This document shows positions 19,842 through 29,908 of a stretch of DNA of 64,000 nt, one piece after another. Under the pieces are notes generated by a model that ran no database searches, was not told where the DNA came from, and saw nothing but the letters and a program-made list of their open reading frames with translations. A program made the translations under genes and the position numbers. Numbering within the stretch: position 1 is the stretch's first letter; each line of letters starts with the position of its first letter. Origin of the DNA: an uncultured archaeon (GTDB taxonomy: Bacteria > Pseudomonadota > Alphaproteobacteria > Rhizobiales > Xanthobacteraceae); the NCBI GenBank assembly GCA_963807355.1, contig CAWEBX010000023.1, positions 16,719-80,718 of the forward strand, given 5' to 3'.

Positions 19842-21346
19842 GCTTCACCAAGCCCGTGCAGCCACCAGCGACCGCCTGAGTCCGCAGGCGCGTCGCGGAA
19901 AAGCCAGAAGCGCTCGCCTCCTTCTGTCTCGACGCGGTAATAGTCGCGCTGCAAACCGATATCCTGATCGGATATCCACCATTCGCCAACAATGCGCTCG
20001 GGACCATCAGCGCGCGCAATGCGATGCCGCACCTTGCGCCAGACAAAAAAGCGCGGCGGACTGTCCGGAATCTCGGCGACTGCCTGAACCTGCTCAGGCG
20101 GCGATAAAAGGCGCGCGGGCCGCGGCGAATCCTGCGGCCAGATCGCGCCATCGGTGCGCGAGGTCGCAGCAACTCGGCGGGCGGATCGCTCGGGAATTTC
20201 GCTCTCCACCGGAGAAAGCCGAAACACACGCTCATTGCCGAGCCGCACGCGCAGCGTATCGACGAGCTGGCTGACGTCCACCTCGGAGCCTCCCTGTTCC
20301 ACATGCGCTCCGATGATCTGCCGCTCGGTTAGTGCCTCCACCCACGAAGCAGTCAGCGTTGCCTCCTCTATCCCAAAGCCCGCCTCGACCAGCACCAGGC
20401 GCTCTGCAAGAAGCTTGGACAGATGCTTTGCGTCCCGGTTCGGTTTCGAAGTGCCGATCCTGATGGCCTGCGCGATATTGTCGACACGCTGAAACACCAT
20501 ATCGAGCCGCCGGGCGCCGACGCCGCGCGCAGCAAGATCAAGCATCAGCTTGTCGCATAGAAGAGCGACAACGCGGTGGAGGTCATCCGGATTGCCGATT
20601 GGTTCCACGAATTTAAGCATCTTGCGCGGCATTTCACGCGGGATCAAGGGGACGAGCACCTCGCTAACCGCACCAAGCGCCTGATCGAAGCGCAACAACA
20701 CCTCACCCGAAAATCTTTGACGCAAGGACGCGCGCGGCAACGCGGCGAGCTGAGCAATGCGCTCGATCCCGACATCGCGAAGTCCAATAATGTCCCGCTC
20801 AGGCAAACGTAAAGCGGCAATTGGCAGGCCGCCGAGAGCTTCAGACGAACGTCCGGGCGACACAATATCATCCTTGCTGTAATGCGAGACAGCCCATGCG
20901 CATCCGGGGGTATCGGAAACAGCTGCGCGCGCGGAAAGCTGCGCGGTCGCGAGCCGCGCGTGCATGTCTTTCAGGAGTGCCGCCTCGCCCTTGAATAGAT
21001 GCGAGGAGCCCGCAACGTCGATAAATATCGTATCAGGCAGCCATGGGGTCACGAGCGGTGAATAGCGCGTGCACCAGAGTGCAAGGCGCGTAAGCGCGGC
21101 CTTGTCCTCTTCAGGATTTGCATCTTTAACGCTAAGGTCCGGCACCAGCGTCTGCGCATGCGCGACTGTCATCCCGCATGCGAGCTTCAGCTTGCGCGCA
21201 GCCTCGTCAACCGACGCCAGAATGCGCCGGTTGCTTTCCTGGATTGCCGTCACCATTGGCAGCTCACGCGCTGGAGCGCCGCCGTTCCTGCGCCGAATTT
21301 GATCGGTCGGAAACGTCGGCAGGAAGAGTGCAACGACCCTCCGCAT
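19838..21346 (-). CDS. imuB: Y-family polymerase-like ImuB
   Basis: [37 protein letters not shown]; overlaps the dnaE2 start. Confidence 0.93.
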   Translation of the reverse strand: MRRVVALFLPTFPTDQIRRRNGGAPARELPMVTAIQESNRRILASVDEAARKLKLACGMTVAHAQTLVPDLSVKDANPEEDKAALTRLALWCTRYSPLVTPWLPDTIFIDVAGSSHLFKGEAALLKDMHARLATAQLSARAAVSDTPGCAWAVSHYSKDDIVSPGRSSEALGGLPIAALRLPERDIIGLRDVGIERIAQLAALPRASLRQRFSGEVLLRFDQALGAVSEVLVPLIPREMPRKMLKFVEPIGNPDDLHRVVALLCDKLMLDLAARGVGARRLDMVFQRVDNIAQAIRIGTSKPNRDAKHLSKLLAERLVLVEAGFGIEEATLTASWVEALTERQIIGAHVEQGGSEVDVSQLVDTLRVRLGNERVFRLSPVESEIPERSARRVAATSRTDGAIWPQDSPRPARLLSPPEQVQAVAEIPDSPPRFFVWRKVRHRIARADGPERIVGEWWISDQDIGLQRDYYRVETEGGERFWLFRDAPADSGGRWWLHGLGEA

Positions 21347-22010
21347 TGCATGCCTCCACAGTCCAGATGTTCGGCGGTGCGCCCCTGCATCGCAGTAATT
21401 CAACTCGCCACAGCGGACGGCCCAGGCGGTAGGGGCTCGTTTCCAAGGACGGCGCGGGCGAAATCCGCCAGCGCGTCATTGCGGCAGTGCTCTCGCTCAA
21501 ATGCTCGCAGGAACGCCTGATAATCAGGGCGGAAACTCCGGAGGTTTCGGCGGCAAGCTGCAGCCGCCGCGAGGGCGTCAGCGATATGCGGTTAAGTTCA
21601 CCTACGACGCCTGCAAGGCCGCGCATACGCAATCCTTCCTCCATCGCAGGCAGGATCTCAGCGTCCTTCCAGGTTTCGCAGAAGATGATCCGATCCGGAT
21701 GAAGACCGACGCAGGCCAGTGCGGGCGCGAACAGATCGCGGCTGTGCAGGCACCAAAGAACGGGACCGGGCAGCCGCGCAAGGATGCCCGCCACGAACAG
21801 CAAGGCGCAGGCAGCATAACCGCCGCGCGGCCCCGCTTCACTGACTTCATGGACGGCACCGAGCTGAAGGCCGCCACCCGGAAGCGCCGTGTCGATTTCC
21901 TGAAGACCGAACGGCAGGACGGGCCGGTGCGAAGACACACCTGCCGCGGCCTTCATCATCCGCCGAAGCTCGGCCAATGGTATTGAAGATGAACTGGCCG
22001 GAATTGCCAT
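21264..22010 (-). CDS. imuA: ImuA mutagenesis protein
   Basis: LPFGLQEIDTALPGGGL, DLFAPALACVGL, SRRLQLAAE, WRVELLRCRG. Confidence 0.93.
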   Translation of the reverse strand: MAIPASSSSIPLAELRRMMKAAAGVSSHRPVLPFGLQEIDTALPGGGLQLGAVHEVSEAGPRGGYAACALLFVAGILARLPGPVLWCLHSRDLFAPALACVGLHPDRIIFCETWKDAEILPAMEEGLRMRGLAGVVGELNRISLTPSRRLQLAAETSGVSALIIRRSCEHLSESTAAMTRWRISPAPSLETSPYRLGRPLWRVELLRCRGAPPNIWTVEACNAEGRCTLPADVSDRSNSAQERRRSSA

Positions 22011-22034
22011 GGAACTCTGTACCTCCACAGACAA

Positions 22035-22049
22035 GAACAAATAATGAAC
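22035..22049 (-). promoter_or_regulatory. LexA (SOS) box upstream of imuA
   Basis: GAAC-AAATAAT-GAAC, the alphaproteobacterial GTTC-N7-GTTC read on the minus strand. Confidence 0.85.
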
Positions 22050-22146
22050 ATGGTTGGTTGCCGGTGAGTCAATCAAAATTGGCTGGGCATTGATTCAGCG
22101 AGATTTTCCCGCCCGGAACCTGCGCGATCCTGGCCAGCCCGCATCT

Positions 22147-22170
22147 GGAACCCCGGCCCGCCCTTCCGTT
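22147..22170 (+). promoter_or_regulatory. EcfG-type (general stress sigma) promoter for polX
   Basis: GGAAC-N16-GTT ending 11 nt before the ATG at 22182. Confidence 0.6.
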
Positions 22171-22181
22171 TGTCAAAGGTT

Positions 22182-23940
22182 ATGGCCAAGTTGGACACGC
22201 AAGCAGTAGCCCGGCTCCTGCGGGAGTACGCGCACCGGACATCTCTCCGCGGCGGCAATCCCTACCGCGCGAAGGCATACTCGACCGCAGCTGATAGCCT
22301 TGCCGCCCTTTCACAACCGCTGGATCGCATCATTGCGGCGGGCACGCTCACCGAAATTTCCGGTATTGGCGACGCAATTGCGGACCTCGTGACCAAACTT
22401 CATCAGACGGGGTCACATCCAAGTCTTGAAAAGCTTCGCAAAGAAGTGCCCGAAGGAGTGCTTGAACTCTTCGCTATCCCTGGACTCCGGCCCGATAAGA
22501 TTTTGAAGCTCCATCAGGAACTCGGAGTCGCTTCGCTTGCCCAGCTGGAAGCGGCAGCGAAGGAAGACCGCATACGCAAGGTCAAAGGCCTTGGCGCTGC
22601 GCTGCAAACGAAAGTCTTGCAGAACCTCTCCATCGCCCGGAGCGGAGATACGCAGCTTCATCTACATAAGGCCGCCGCTCTACTCGAAAGCGCTGTTGCC
22701 GCTGTGAAGCGCGAGCACCCGGAATATTCACGCGTCGAAATCGCAGGAGATTTTCGAAGGGGCAGCGAACTTGTTACCGATCTAGCGCTGGTCGCTCAGA
22801 CAAAATCCACATCGCCGAAACTCGAAGCATCGGGCGGTTTGAATCTCGTCGTCACTGACAAAAAGCATTTTGGCGCAAATCTTCTCACTGCGACTGGCTC
22901 ATCTGCGCATCTTGAACAGCTGCGAGCATTCGCGCAGGACAAAGGCTACGAACTGAAGCCGGACGGCCTCTATCGCGGCAAGAAACTTGTCGCTGCTGCG
23001 ACCGAGGAACGACATCTACGAAGCGCTTGAGTTGCAGTTTATCGAGCCTGAACTCCGGGAGGGCAGGAATGAAATAAAGAAAGCTGCAAGGCACGAGCTG
23101 CCAACACTTGTCCGTGACAAGGACCTCCGCGGTATACTCCACTGTCATACGACCGCATCGGATGGCGCAGAAACGCTCGAAACGATGGCCGAAGCGACGC
23201 GGGAGCGCGGCTTCGAGTATTTCGGCGTCGCTGACCACTCGCAATCGGCTCACTATGCGGGAGGTCTCTCCTTGGAAGAGATCACCGAGCAGCATCACGA
23301 GGCCCACCGGCTAAACAAGCGATATGGCAAGTCGTTTCGTGTCCTAAAGGGAATTGAAGCCGACATCCTGGCTGACGGATCACTGGACTATCCCAGCCGC
23401 ATCCTTGATAGTTTCGACTTCGTCGTGGCAAGCGTGCATAGCCGTTTCAAAATGTCGAAAAAAGAGCAAACCGACCGAATTCTCAAGGCGGTCAGAAACC
23501 CGCATACGACGATTTTGGGCCATATGACGGGTCGCCAGCTCCAGCGTCGCCCTGGCTACGAGATCGACGTCGATAAAATACTAGAGGCCTGCGCTGAATA
23601 CGACGTTGCCGTTGAGATAAACGCTCATCCGTGGCGGCTCGATCTTGATTGGCGTTGGCATGAAAAGGCACTCGATTACGGTTGTATGTTAAGCATCAAT
23701 CCGGATGCCCATTCCATCCGCGAACTCGATCACATGCGTTGGGGGGTGGAAATGGCGCGGAAGGGAGGCGTCCCAGCTGATCGCGTCCTCAACGCGATGA
23801 CGCTCTCCAAGCTCCTTCGCCATCTCACCCAAAAGCGCCGTGCTTTCAGCAATGCAGCACCGCAGGCGCGGATTGATATCGATTGTACAGCGCACCATCC
23901 AGTTTTGGGGCGCGATACTAGGAGGCTTCCTCCACAGTGA
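22182..23940 (+). CDS. polX: DNA polymerase X / PHP-domain protein (frameshift near 23010)
   Basis: GNPYRAKAYS, HhH motifs (ISGIG, IPGLRP, VKGLG), AGDFRRG, TATGS, IEPELREG, PHP motifs HCHT..SDG, ADHS, GHMTGR, INPDAH. Confidence 0.92.
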
Positions 23941-24365
23941 AAACGGGGCCTTCCGGTAAACACGCCCACGCGATCCTCACTCCGCAGAAGCCTCACACGC
24001 GCGAGGCCAATACGACTGAGACATTCGCGCAACGTGGCTCGTTCCGCATCATTAGCCGCGTCCTCAAACGCATTCCGGGATTAGACAGCGCTTGACCATC
24101 TCTGATGGGCGGCCAGCGCTGTCGCTCGTCAAGACAGAGGTCCGCCGTCCATGAGTAACAAATCAAGCGCGATAGAACGAGATTTCAATTTTGAGCAATT
24201 CCTCACGCGGGTCGTTGAGTTGAATTCGGCGACCTCTTGATGAGGCGACCCGCAAGGTTGAAATGTCCAGGCTGTGCCTGGATATGGCGCGTACTGATAC
24301 CGAACGTCGAGAGGTCCGTTTCCATGAACTAGGCCGGCAGCTCCAGGCTTCGACCGACCCTTCTT

Positions 24366-24761
24366 TCACTCGAACGAATGCATCACCCTGCTAAAAGCGG
24401 GATGGCTCCGGTTCTTGACCTTGATCCACCTATTCGATCTGCCGCGCCGATAAACACTCTCTGCCGGGCCATTTGGCATTGCGCAGGTGCAGCGGCAATC
24501 CTCGGAGATCATCGCCAGTGAGCACCAGGCAGTCGAAAACTGGATCTCGGCGTCGTGCCGGCGCGAGTGCAGCCCGTCGAAATCGCTGTGACCGTCGGTC
24601 GTCAGCAGCACAACCTCGCCGTCGAGGACGATGCTCCAGTTCGGTAACGCGGCTTCAGCAATGCCCCGATAGCAGACGGTCCAGTTCTGGCCGTTGCGGG
24701 TAGCCGCACACGCTTGCCGTCGTGCTAATTTGCCCCTTGGATGGAGATTTTGGACCGTCAT
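24366..24761 (-). pseudogene. degraded ATP-dependent DNA ligase
   Basis: TRNGQNWT, VLDGEVVLL, SDFDGLHSR, YRRGRSNRWIKVKNRSHPA with deletions between motifs. Confidence 0.8.
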
Positions 24762-24895
24762 CGCCTAGGCTGGTTTCATCAGCATCGCGATTTCGTCATC
24801 AGACGAAGCCGAACGGCACTATCTAGTTAGAACCGAAATTCGGGCGGGCCGCTTCCTGGCTTTCGCGATCGATGCAAGGGAACGAAGGAACGCAC

Positions 24896-24930
24896 AAAAA
24901 TCGGCCTCAGCTGGCAAGCTGAGGCCGATT
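24896..24930 (-). terminator. intrinsic terminator
   Basis: minus strand AATCGGCCTCAGCT-TGCC-AGCTGAGGCCGATT followed by T-run. Confidence 0.75.
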
Positions 24931-25147
24931 CTCGAAGACTAAACAATAGGCAATATGCGTCCGAGATTACAAAATGCTTCCTGGCAGTATGTAGTTTACT
25001 GTACACCCCGCAAGGGTATTTGTCCAGCCCTTAATGCGATCTTCCAGACGCTGGCGTGCCTGGACAACTTCGGCCGAAGCGAGTACAGGGCAACGATCGG
25101 GGAGTGGCGAGCGTCACGGAAAAGGAGGACGTCGGCAGTTTGCTATT

Positions 25148-25693
25148 AGGGTCCGGACTCATAACCAGTAACTGACCACCGCAGCGATGCAGACGGCTGC
25201 GAGGAAATTGATTGCGAGACGATCATATCTGGTAGCGATGCGGCGGAAGTCCTTCAAGCGACAGAACATACGCTCGATGGCGTTACGGCTTCGATATAGA
25301 CGACTGGCGAAAAGCAATTCTTCCAGTGTCGGTTCGCCTTGGGCGGGATGTTCGGCATCGCACCCTTTCCCTCGACCTGTCGGCGGATGGCATCGCTGTC
25401 GTAACCCTTGTCGCCGTGCAGGATCGCGGAACGTGGCATCTGTTCGAGCATATAGACTTCCGGCGCATCGATCCCAGCGCCACCGGACTTTAGAACCTGG
25501 ATAATGCCGCTGATGACCCGCTGATCATCGACCCGCGGCTTGCCGCGCGTATCATTAGGCAGAAGCGGTTTGAGAACAGCGCACCGATGCTTCGTTCGCC
25601 AAAAGCAACGGCGACTTATCAAAGGCCTCCTGTCGGAGACCGTGAATGACGAACACAGCGCCGAAGGAATTACGTTTCATGGGTCGCGACCCT
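25148..25693 (-). mobile_element. IS5-family element, internally deleted, terminal inverted repeats retained
   Basis: RGKPRVDDQRVISGI, LHGDKGYDSDAIR, PNIPPKANR; TIRs AGGGTCCGGACTCAT / AGGGTCGCGACCCAT. Confidence 0.88.
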
Positions 25694-25898
25694 AGGAAAC
25701 TTGACGGGACTTCTCGACAAGGTCAAGCGAGCGGTTCTGGCGACATCTTACTCGGGCGAACGGTCCGCGAAAAACTACGATTTTGTGAATGCTGTCGCTC
25801 GGACAAATGACAGCCTGACAATCGCTAATATTCGAAAGCATAGTCCGGTCCTCGCGGATCTTGAATCCAGCGGCTCCATAAGATTGCAGCGCGCATGA
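25694..25898 (+). pseudogene. C-terminal fragment of a beta-class carbonic anhydrase
   Basis: (L)GNLTGLLDKVK.AV...NYDFVNAVARTN...IRKHSPVLADLE begins exactly at the IS end. Confidence 0.7.
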
Positions 25899-26082
25899 AT
25901 GCGGCAGCCATGTGGTTTCAAAAGAGCTACGGGTGTTCACGACGCCGGATATCACTCATCAAGAATATTGAGCCGAAAAAGCGCTTGAGCCGCCGCAATC
26001 CGCGTCCGCGCTGCCGTTCCGGCAAGGTGTTCTATTGAACCCGACTTACGAGGCCAGCGGCTTTTACCCTCGATGCATGTTC

Positions 26083-26470
26083 TCATGGTTTTAGCTCTGT
26101 GTTCGTCGTTCTACCTTCTGGCATTTGGTCAATCACCAGGAGTTCGACCGGCTCCGCCCCCGTATTTTCGCCGTAGTGCCACTCATCGATGACCTCGACG
26201 ATGAAGTCTCCGGCCTTGTAATCGTAGCGTTGGCAAGTGTCGGGTGCATAGACAGTGAGATGCCCAGCCTGAACTTAGGCATAGCGTGGCTAGGCATGCT
26301 TGTGAACCGGCATCCTGGCGCCAGGCGCGATGATGTAACGCAACACTGTAAGTGTGGCCCGCCCCGGTGGAAGGGTGATGGGTTGGCCGAGGCGGTCTTG
26401 TTGGTTGAAGTAAGCGGACGCGGCGGGGAATCGTGCATACTTCGTGGCAGTGTGCCCACTTTTCCTGGGC
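26083..26470 (-). pseudogene. cupin-domain protein with two nonsense codons
   Basis: GQPITLP...IAPGARMPVHKHA*PRYA*VQAGHL...YKAGDFIVEVIDEWHYGENTG..PVELLVID, a frame missing from the ORF track because of the stops. Confidence 0.8.
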
Positions 26471-27180
26471 TGGGAACGAGGCGGGCAATTTGCGTCCGCA
26501 CAGTCAGCGGCCGGAGGGCGCGGCTTTGAGCGCCGCGGAAAGCGCCGCGCGAGCAGCGGGCGTTCGGATCGGCATTTATGGTGATGCTCTCACGCTCACC
26601 GCCGAGGCCGCGCCGCCGGCGGACGTGCTGTCAGCGAACATTAGCGGAACGGCACCGCCACGCTTGACTTCGTTGTGCGACTGAGGGTCGCCATGGCTTC
26701 GGCGTATCGCGGTGGAATTTTTTACATGATCGGCGTTGGGATTATTGCGGACGATTTAGCTGTTGCCGCTCCTCAAACCGTCCGCACCGTCCGCGACGGT
26801 CCTCAAGCCTTACGACCCAAAGTCTTTGACCGGAATGGGTTTCGGCTGATCCGTGGACGATTCGGACGGTCCGGACGGTCCCGCTCCTGTGGCTTCTGGC
26901 GCGAATGATTGCATAGTGCGAAATATGGAACCGAGTGTTTTTCTGGAGACCTATCGCAATTTCTGTTGCCGCAATTTTAAGGAAGTATTAAGTTTACTGT
27001 ACACCCCACGTCGTACCTGATTTGGTGGAGAAAAGTCTCGGCAAATGATCGCTAATGAACTACCCGATCGCGCGATAGCGCGAAGTGGGTTACAAGAATT
27101 GTCGAGTACGAGGACCACGACATCAATGAGTTGGATGCGTCACGAAACGCCACTCCGGAGAATGTACATGGAACAGTACA

Positions 27181-27387
27181 ATGAAGCCAACCGATTACGA
27201 CGTGGTCAAGCTGGCGTTGATCAGTCTTGATCAGGTGATCCTCCGCTCGCTGGTCCAACAGACCATGCAACGCACGCCCGACGTCGACTGGCCGCGGGCG
27301 GACTTATTGATCCGCGCCCGCGACCTGCTGGCCGAATTCTACCTCATCCAGGGTAATGGGCATGGTCGCGAGCTAGGCAAGTCGTGA
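27181..27387 (+). CDS. small hypothetical protein
   Basis: 68-aa ORF with plausible composition. Confidence 0.35.
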   Translation: MKPTDYDVVKLALISLDQVILRSLVQQTMQRTPDVDWPRADLLIRARDLLAEFYLIQGNGHGRELGKS

Positions 27388-27448
27388 ACGGGGACGGCGC
27401 GTTTACCCCATAGGCGAAACCTATGGGCGCCTATGGGGCTTGCTCCAA

Positions 27449-28046
27449 TCACCTCTCACGCATTACGCCTCGTAGACGGTCTTTGAGCTTGCGGACCAAA
27501 TAATCAAGAACAGTTTGTTCCAATCGACTTTTCTGGGTTAGCTGCTTTTCGCACAGGTAATGGACGTCAACCGATTCCTTATTTACAAATTTTAGCTGAT
27601 TGGCCGTTCCGCTTCGCTCCTGCTTTAGACCTTCGATTTCCGATCGATATGGTTGATCTTGGCGTCGAGAATTTGGACCTGACCTTTGGAGAGTCGCTCC
27701 TCCCCTTAAACTGAGCCACTTGGTCGGCAATCGCCCGCTTGACGTTTGGATCGTCGGCGCGATCAAGCAGCTCCTGGTGAAATTTATTTGGTCGTGGCCA
27801 TCCCGTTCGCGATCAAACCCGCTTCCTGAGCCATTGCTGCATCTAGTTTTTCGCGAACGATACCACCCTCCAGATGCTGGACAGTCTTGCGGTTGGTTTC
27901 CGCGGACACAACTCCGTGGCGGTGACCGCACTATCCAGCCGAGCAAAGGCAGACCATCCACCCAGCACGAGAAAAGTGCCGACTATAACGGCGTAGTCGG
28001 TGGTCGGGCTCTCCAGTCCGGAACGGAGCTCTTCTGCATTGTCCCA
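27449..28046 (-). pseudogene. HlyD-family type I secretion membrane fusion protein remnant
   Basis: LGGWSAFARLDSAV then NRKTVQHLEGGIVRE in a shifted frame, directly downstream of the ABC gene; deleted and truncated. Confidence 0.75.
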
Positions 28047-28047
28047 C

Positions 28048-29763
28048 CTATCGGACGGCTGTTGCACCACTGGCGACCACCCCGATTTTCGACCTACCCA
28101 TCAATCTAGAAAGCACCTCAACACGACCGCCGAACGCCGATACCCGTCCCGCCTCAAGCACTAGCAACTTGTCCACCGCAGCCAGCATGGCGGTCTTGTG
28201 CGATACAACGACAACGGTCGAGCGTGCTCGCTTCAGCGCCTGGATCGCCTGCATCAGGGCAGCTTCGCCTTCCGAGTCGAGGCTCGCATTTGGTTCATCG
28301 AGTATCACGAGCGGTGGCTTTCCATACAGCGCGCGAGCCAAGCCTATACGCTGCCGCTGCCCACCCGACAGGGCAAGTCCTCCTTCACCTACCTTGGTGT
28401 TGTAACCATCGGGCAAGCCTTGAATCAACTCGTGAACTCCACCCATTTCGGCCGCAGCAAACAGCTTCTCTTCGTCATGCTCGCCGAACCGGGAAATGTT
28501 TTCTGCAAGCGTACCGGAAAACAACTCAATGTCTTGCGGAAGATATCCGATAAAGGGGCCAAGCTGATCGCGATTCCAATGAGCCAACTCAGATCCGTCA
28601 ATTCTGACTTTCCCAATGGCGGGTCGCCACACCCCAACCAACGCTCGTGCCAAGCTGGACTTACCTGCTGCGTTCGGACCTATAATTCCCAAGACCTCAC
28701 CAGGCTGCAGAGCGAAGGAGACTTCCCGGATAACGGGCTCCTTTCCGCCGGGGGGAATTACGACAATATTCTCGACTGAGATCAATCCTTGGGGCGGACG
28801 AAGAGCGATCTTCTCACCTTCCTCCGGAAGCATTTTCACGAGCTTGCTTATACGCTCGTAGGCAGAGCGAGCTGCCAAAAATGTCTTCCATTGACCGACG
28901 ACTATTTCGACCGGGGCAAGTGCGCGCCCCATAATGATCGAGGCCGCGACCATCGCCCCTGCCGAGGTCTCCTGATTGACCGTCAGATACGCACCAATTC
29001 CGAGTATCGCAATTTGAAGAAAAGCTCGAACGAACTTGCTGAATGCCACAAGAAAACCGGCCCGATCACTGGCGCCTGCCTGCAATTGCAAGCCTTCCCT
29101 ATGTAGATCGGACCAACGGTCCCGTAAGCCCTTCAGCATGCCCATGGCATAAAGCACGTCAGCGTTCCGGAACGTAGCTGCTGCGTACGAATGGGCCAGA
29201 ACCGAATTGCGAGAGGCGTCCTTCAATTGATTACGCGTCAATAGCTCGTTGGCCAATGCTAACGCAAAAATGAGCAACGCCCCCACGCCGGCCACGTAAC
29301 CGAACCAGGGATGCATAATGAAACATCCAGCAACGAACACAGGAACCCAAGGCGCGTCGCAGAATGCTATGAGGCCTGTGCCAGTCAAGAACTCGCGAAT
29401 TGTGTCGAGGTCTCTTAAAGCCTGCGCCTGGCTTGTGCCTTGCTGAACAATCGTGCCGCGCAGGACCGTATCAAACAACGGATTCTTTGCCTTGTCGGCA
29501 AACAGAAGACCAAGCCTGACAAGGATGGAAGATCGGATCTTCTCCAAAGCCGCATACACGATCAGGAGAAAGCCCGCGATGAGGGTCAGCGCAACCAGCG
29601 TGCCCATGTTTCGACTGCCCAAAACCCGATCGTACACCTGGAGCATGTATAGGGGCCCCACGAACGCCAGCAGATTTATGAAGAAGCTGAAGACAATGGC
29701 CGTTGCGAAGCCAGGGCGAATGGCCTTGGAAGCGTCGACTAGAAAAGATGGACGTTGAGACAT
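28048..29763 (-). CDS. type I secretion ABC permease/ATPase (PrtD/RsaD family)
   Basis: PLYMLQVYDRVL, DAPW, GRALAP, GPNAAGKS, GYLPQDIELF, LSGGQRQRIGLARA, ILDEPNASLD. Confidence 0.95.
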   Translation of the reverse strand: MSQRPSFLVDASKAIRPGFATAIVFSFFINLLAFVGPLYMLQVYDRVLGSRNMGTLVALTLIAGFLLIVYAALEKIRSSILVRLGLLFADKAKNPLFDTVLRGTIVQQGTSQAQALRDLDTIREFLTGTGLIAFCDAPWVPVFVAGCFIMHPWFGYVAGVGALLIFALALANELLTRNQLKDASRNSVLAHSYAAATFRNADVLYAMGMLKGLRDRWSDLHREGLQLQAGASDRAGFLVAFSKFVRAFLQIAILGIGAYLTVNQETSAGAMVAASIIMGRALAPVEIVVGQWKTFLAARSAYERISKLVKMLPEEGEKIALRPPQGLISVENIVVIPPGGKEPVIREVSFALQPGEVLGIIGPNAAGKSSLARALVGVWRPAIGKVRIDGSELAHWNRDQLGPFIGYLPQDIELFSGTLAENISRFGEHDEEKLFAAAEMGGVHELIQGLPDGYNTKVGEGGLALSGGQRQRIGLARALYGKPPLVILDEPNASLDSEGEAALMQAIQALKRARSTVVVVSHKTAMLAAVDKLLVLEAGRVSAFGGRVEVLSRLMGRSKIGVVASGATAVR

Positions 29764-29908
29764 GAGGGACTAACTTCCTGAAGACTTGGACTGGTAGTCT
29801 CCATGCCTCATTGCAAATACTTCGACAGCACTGCACGGCTTGCTGCTTCAACGGCCGGCCGCAGCAGATCGACCGCTAATATCAGGCAATTCATAACAGC
29901 CGTCGATT

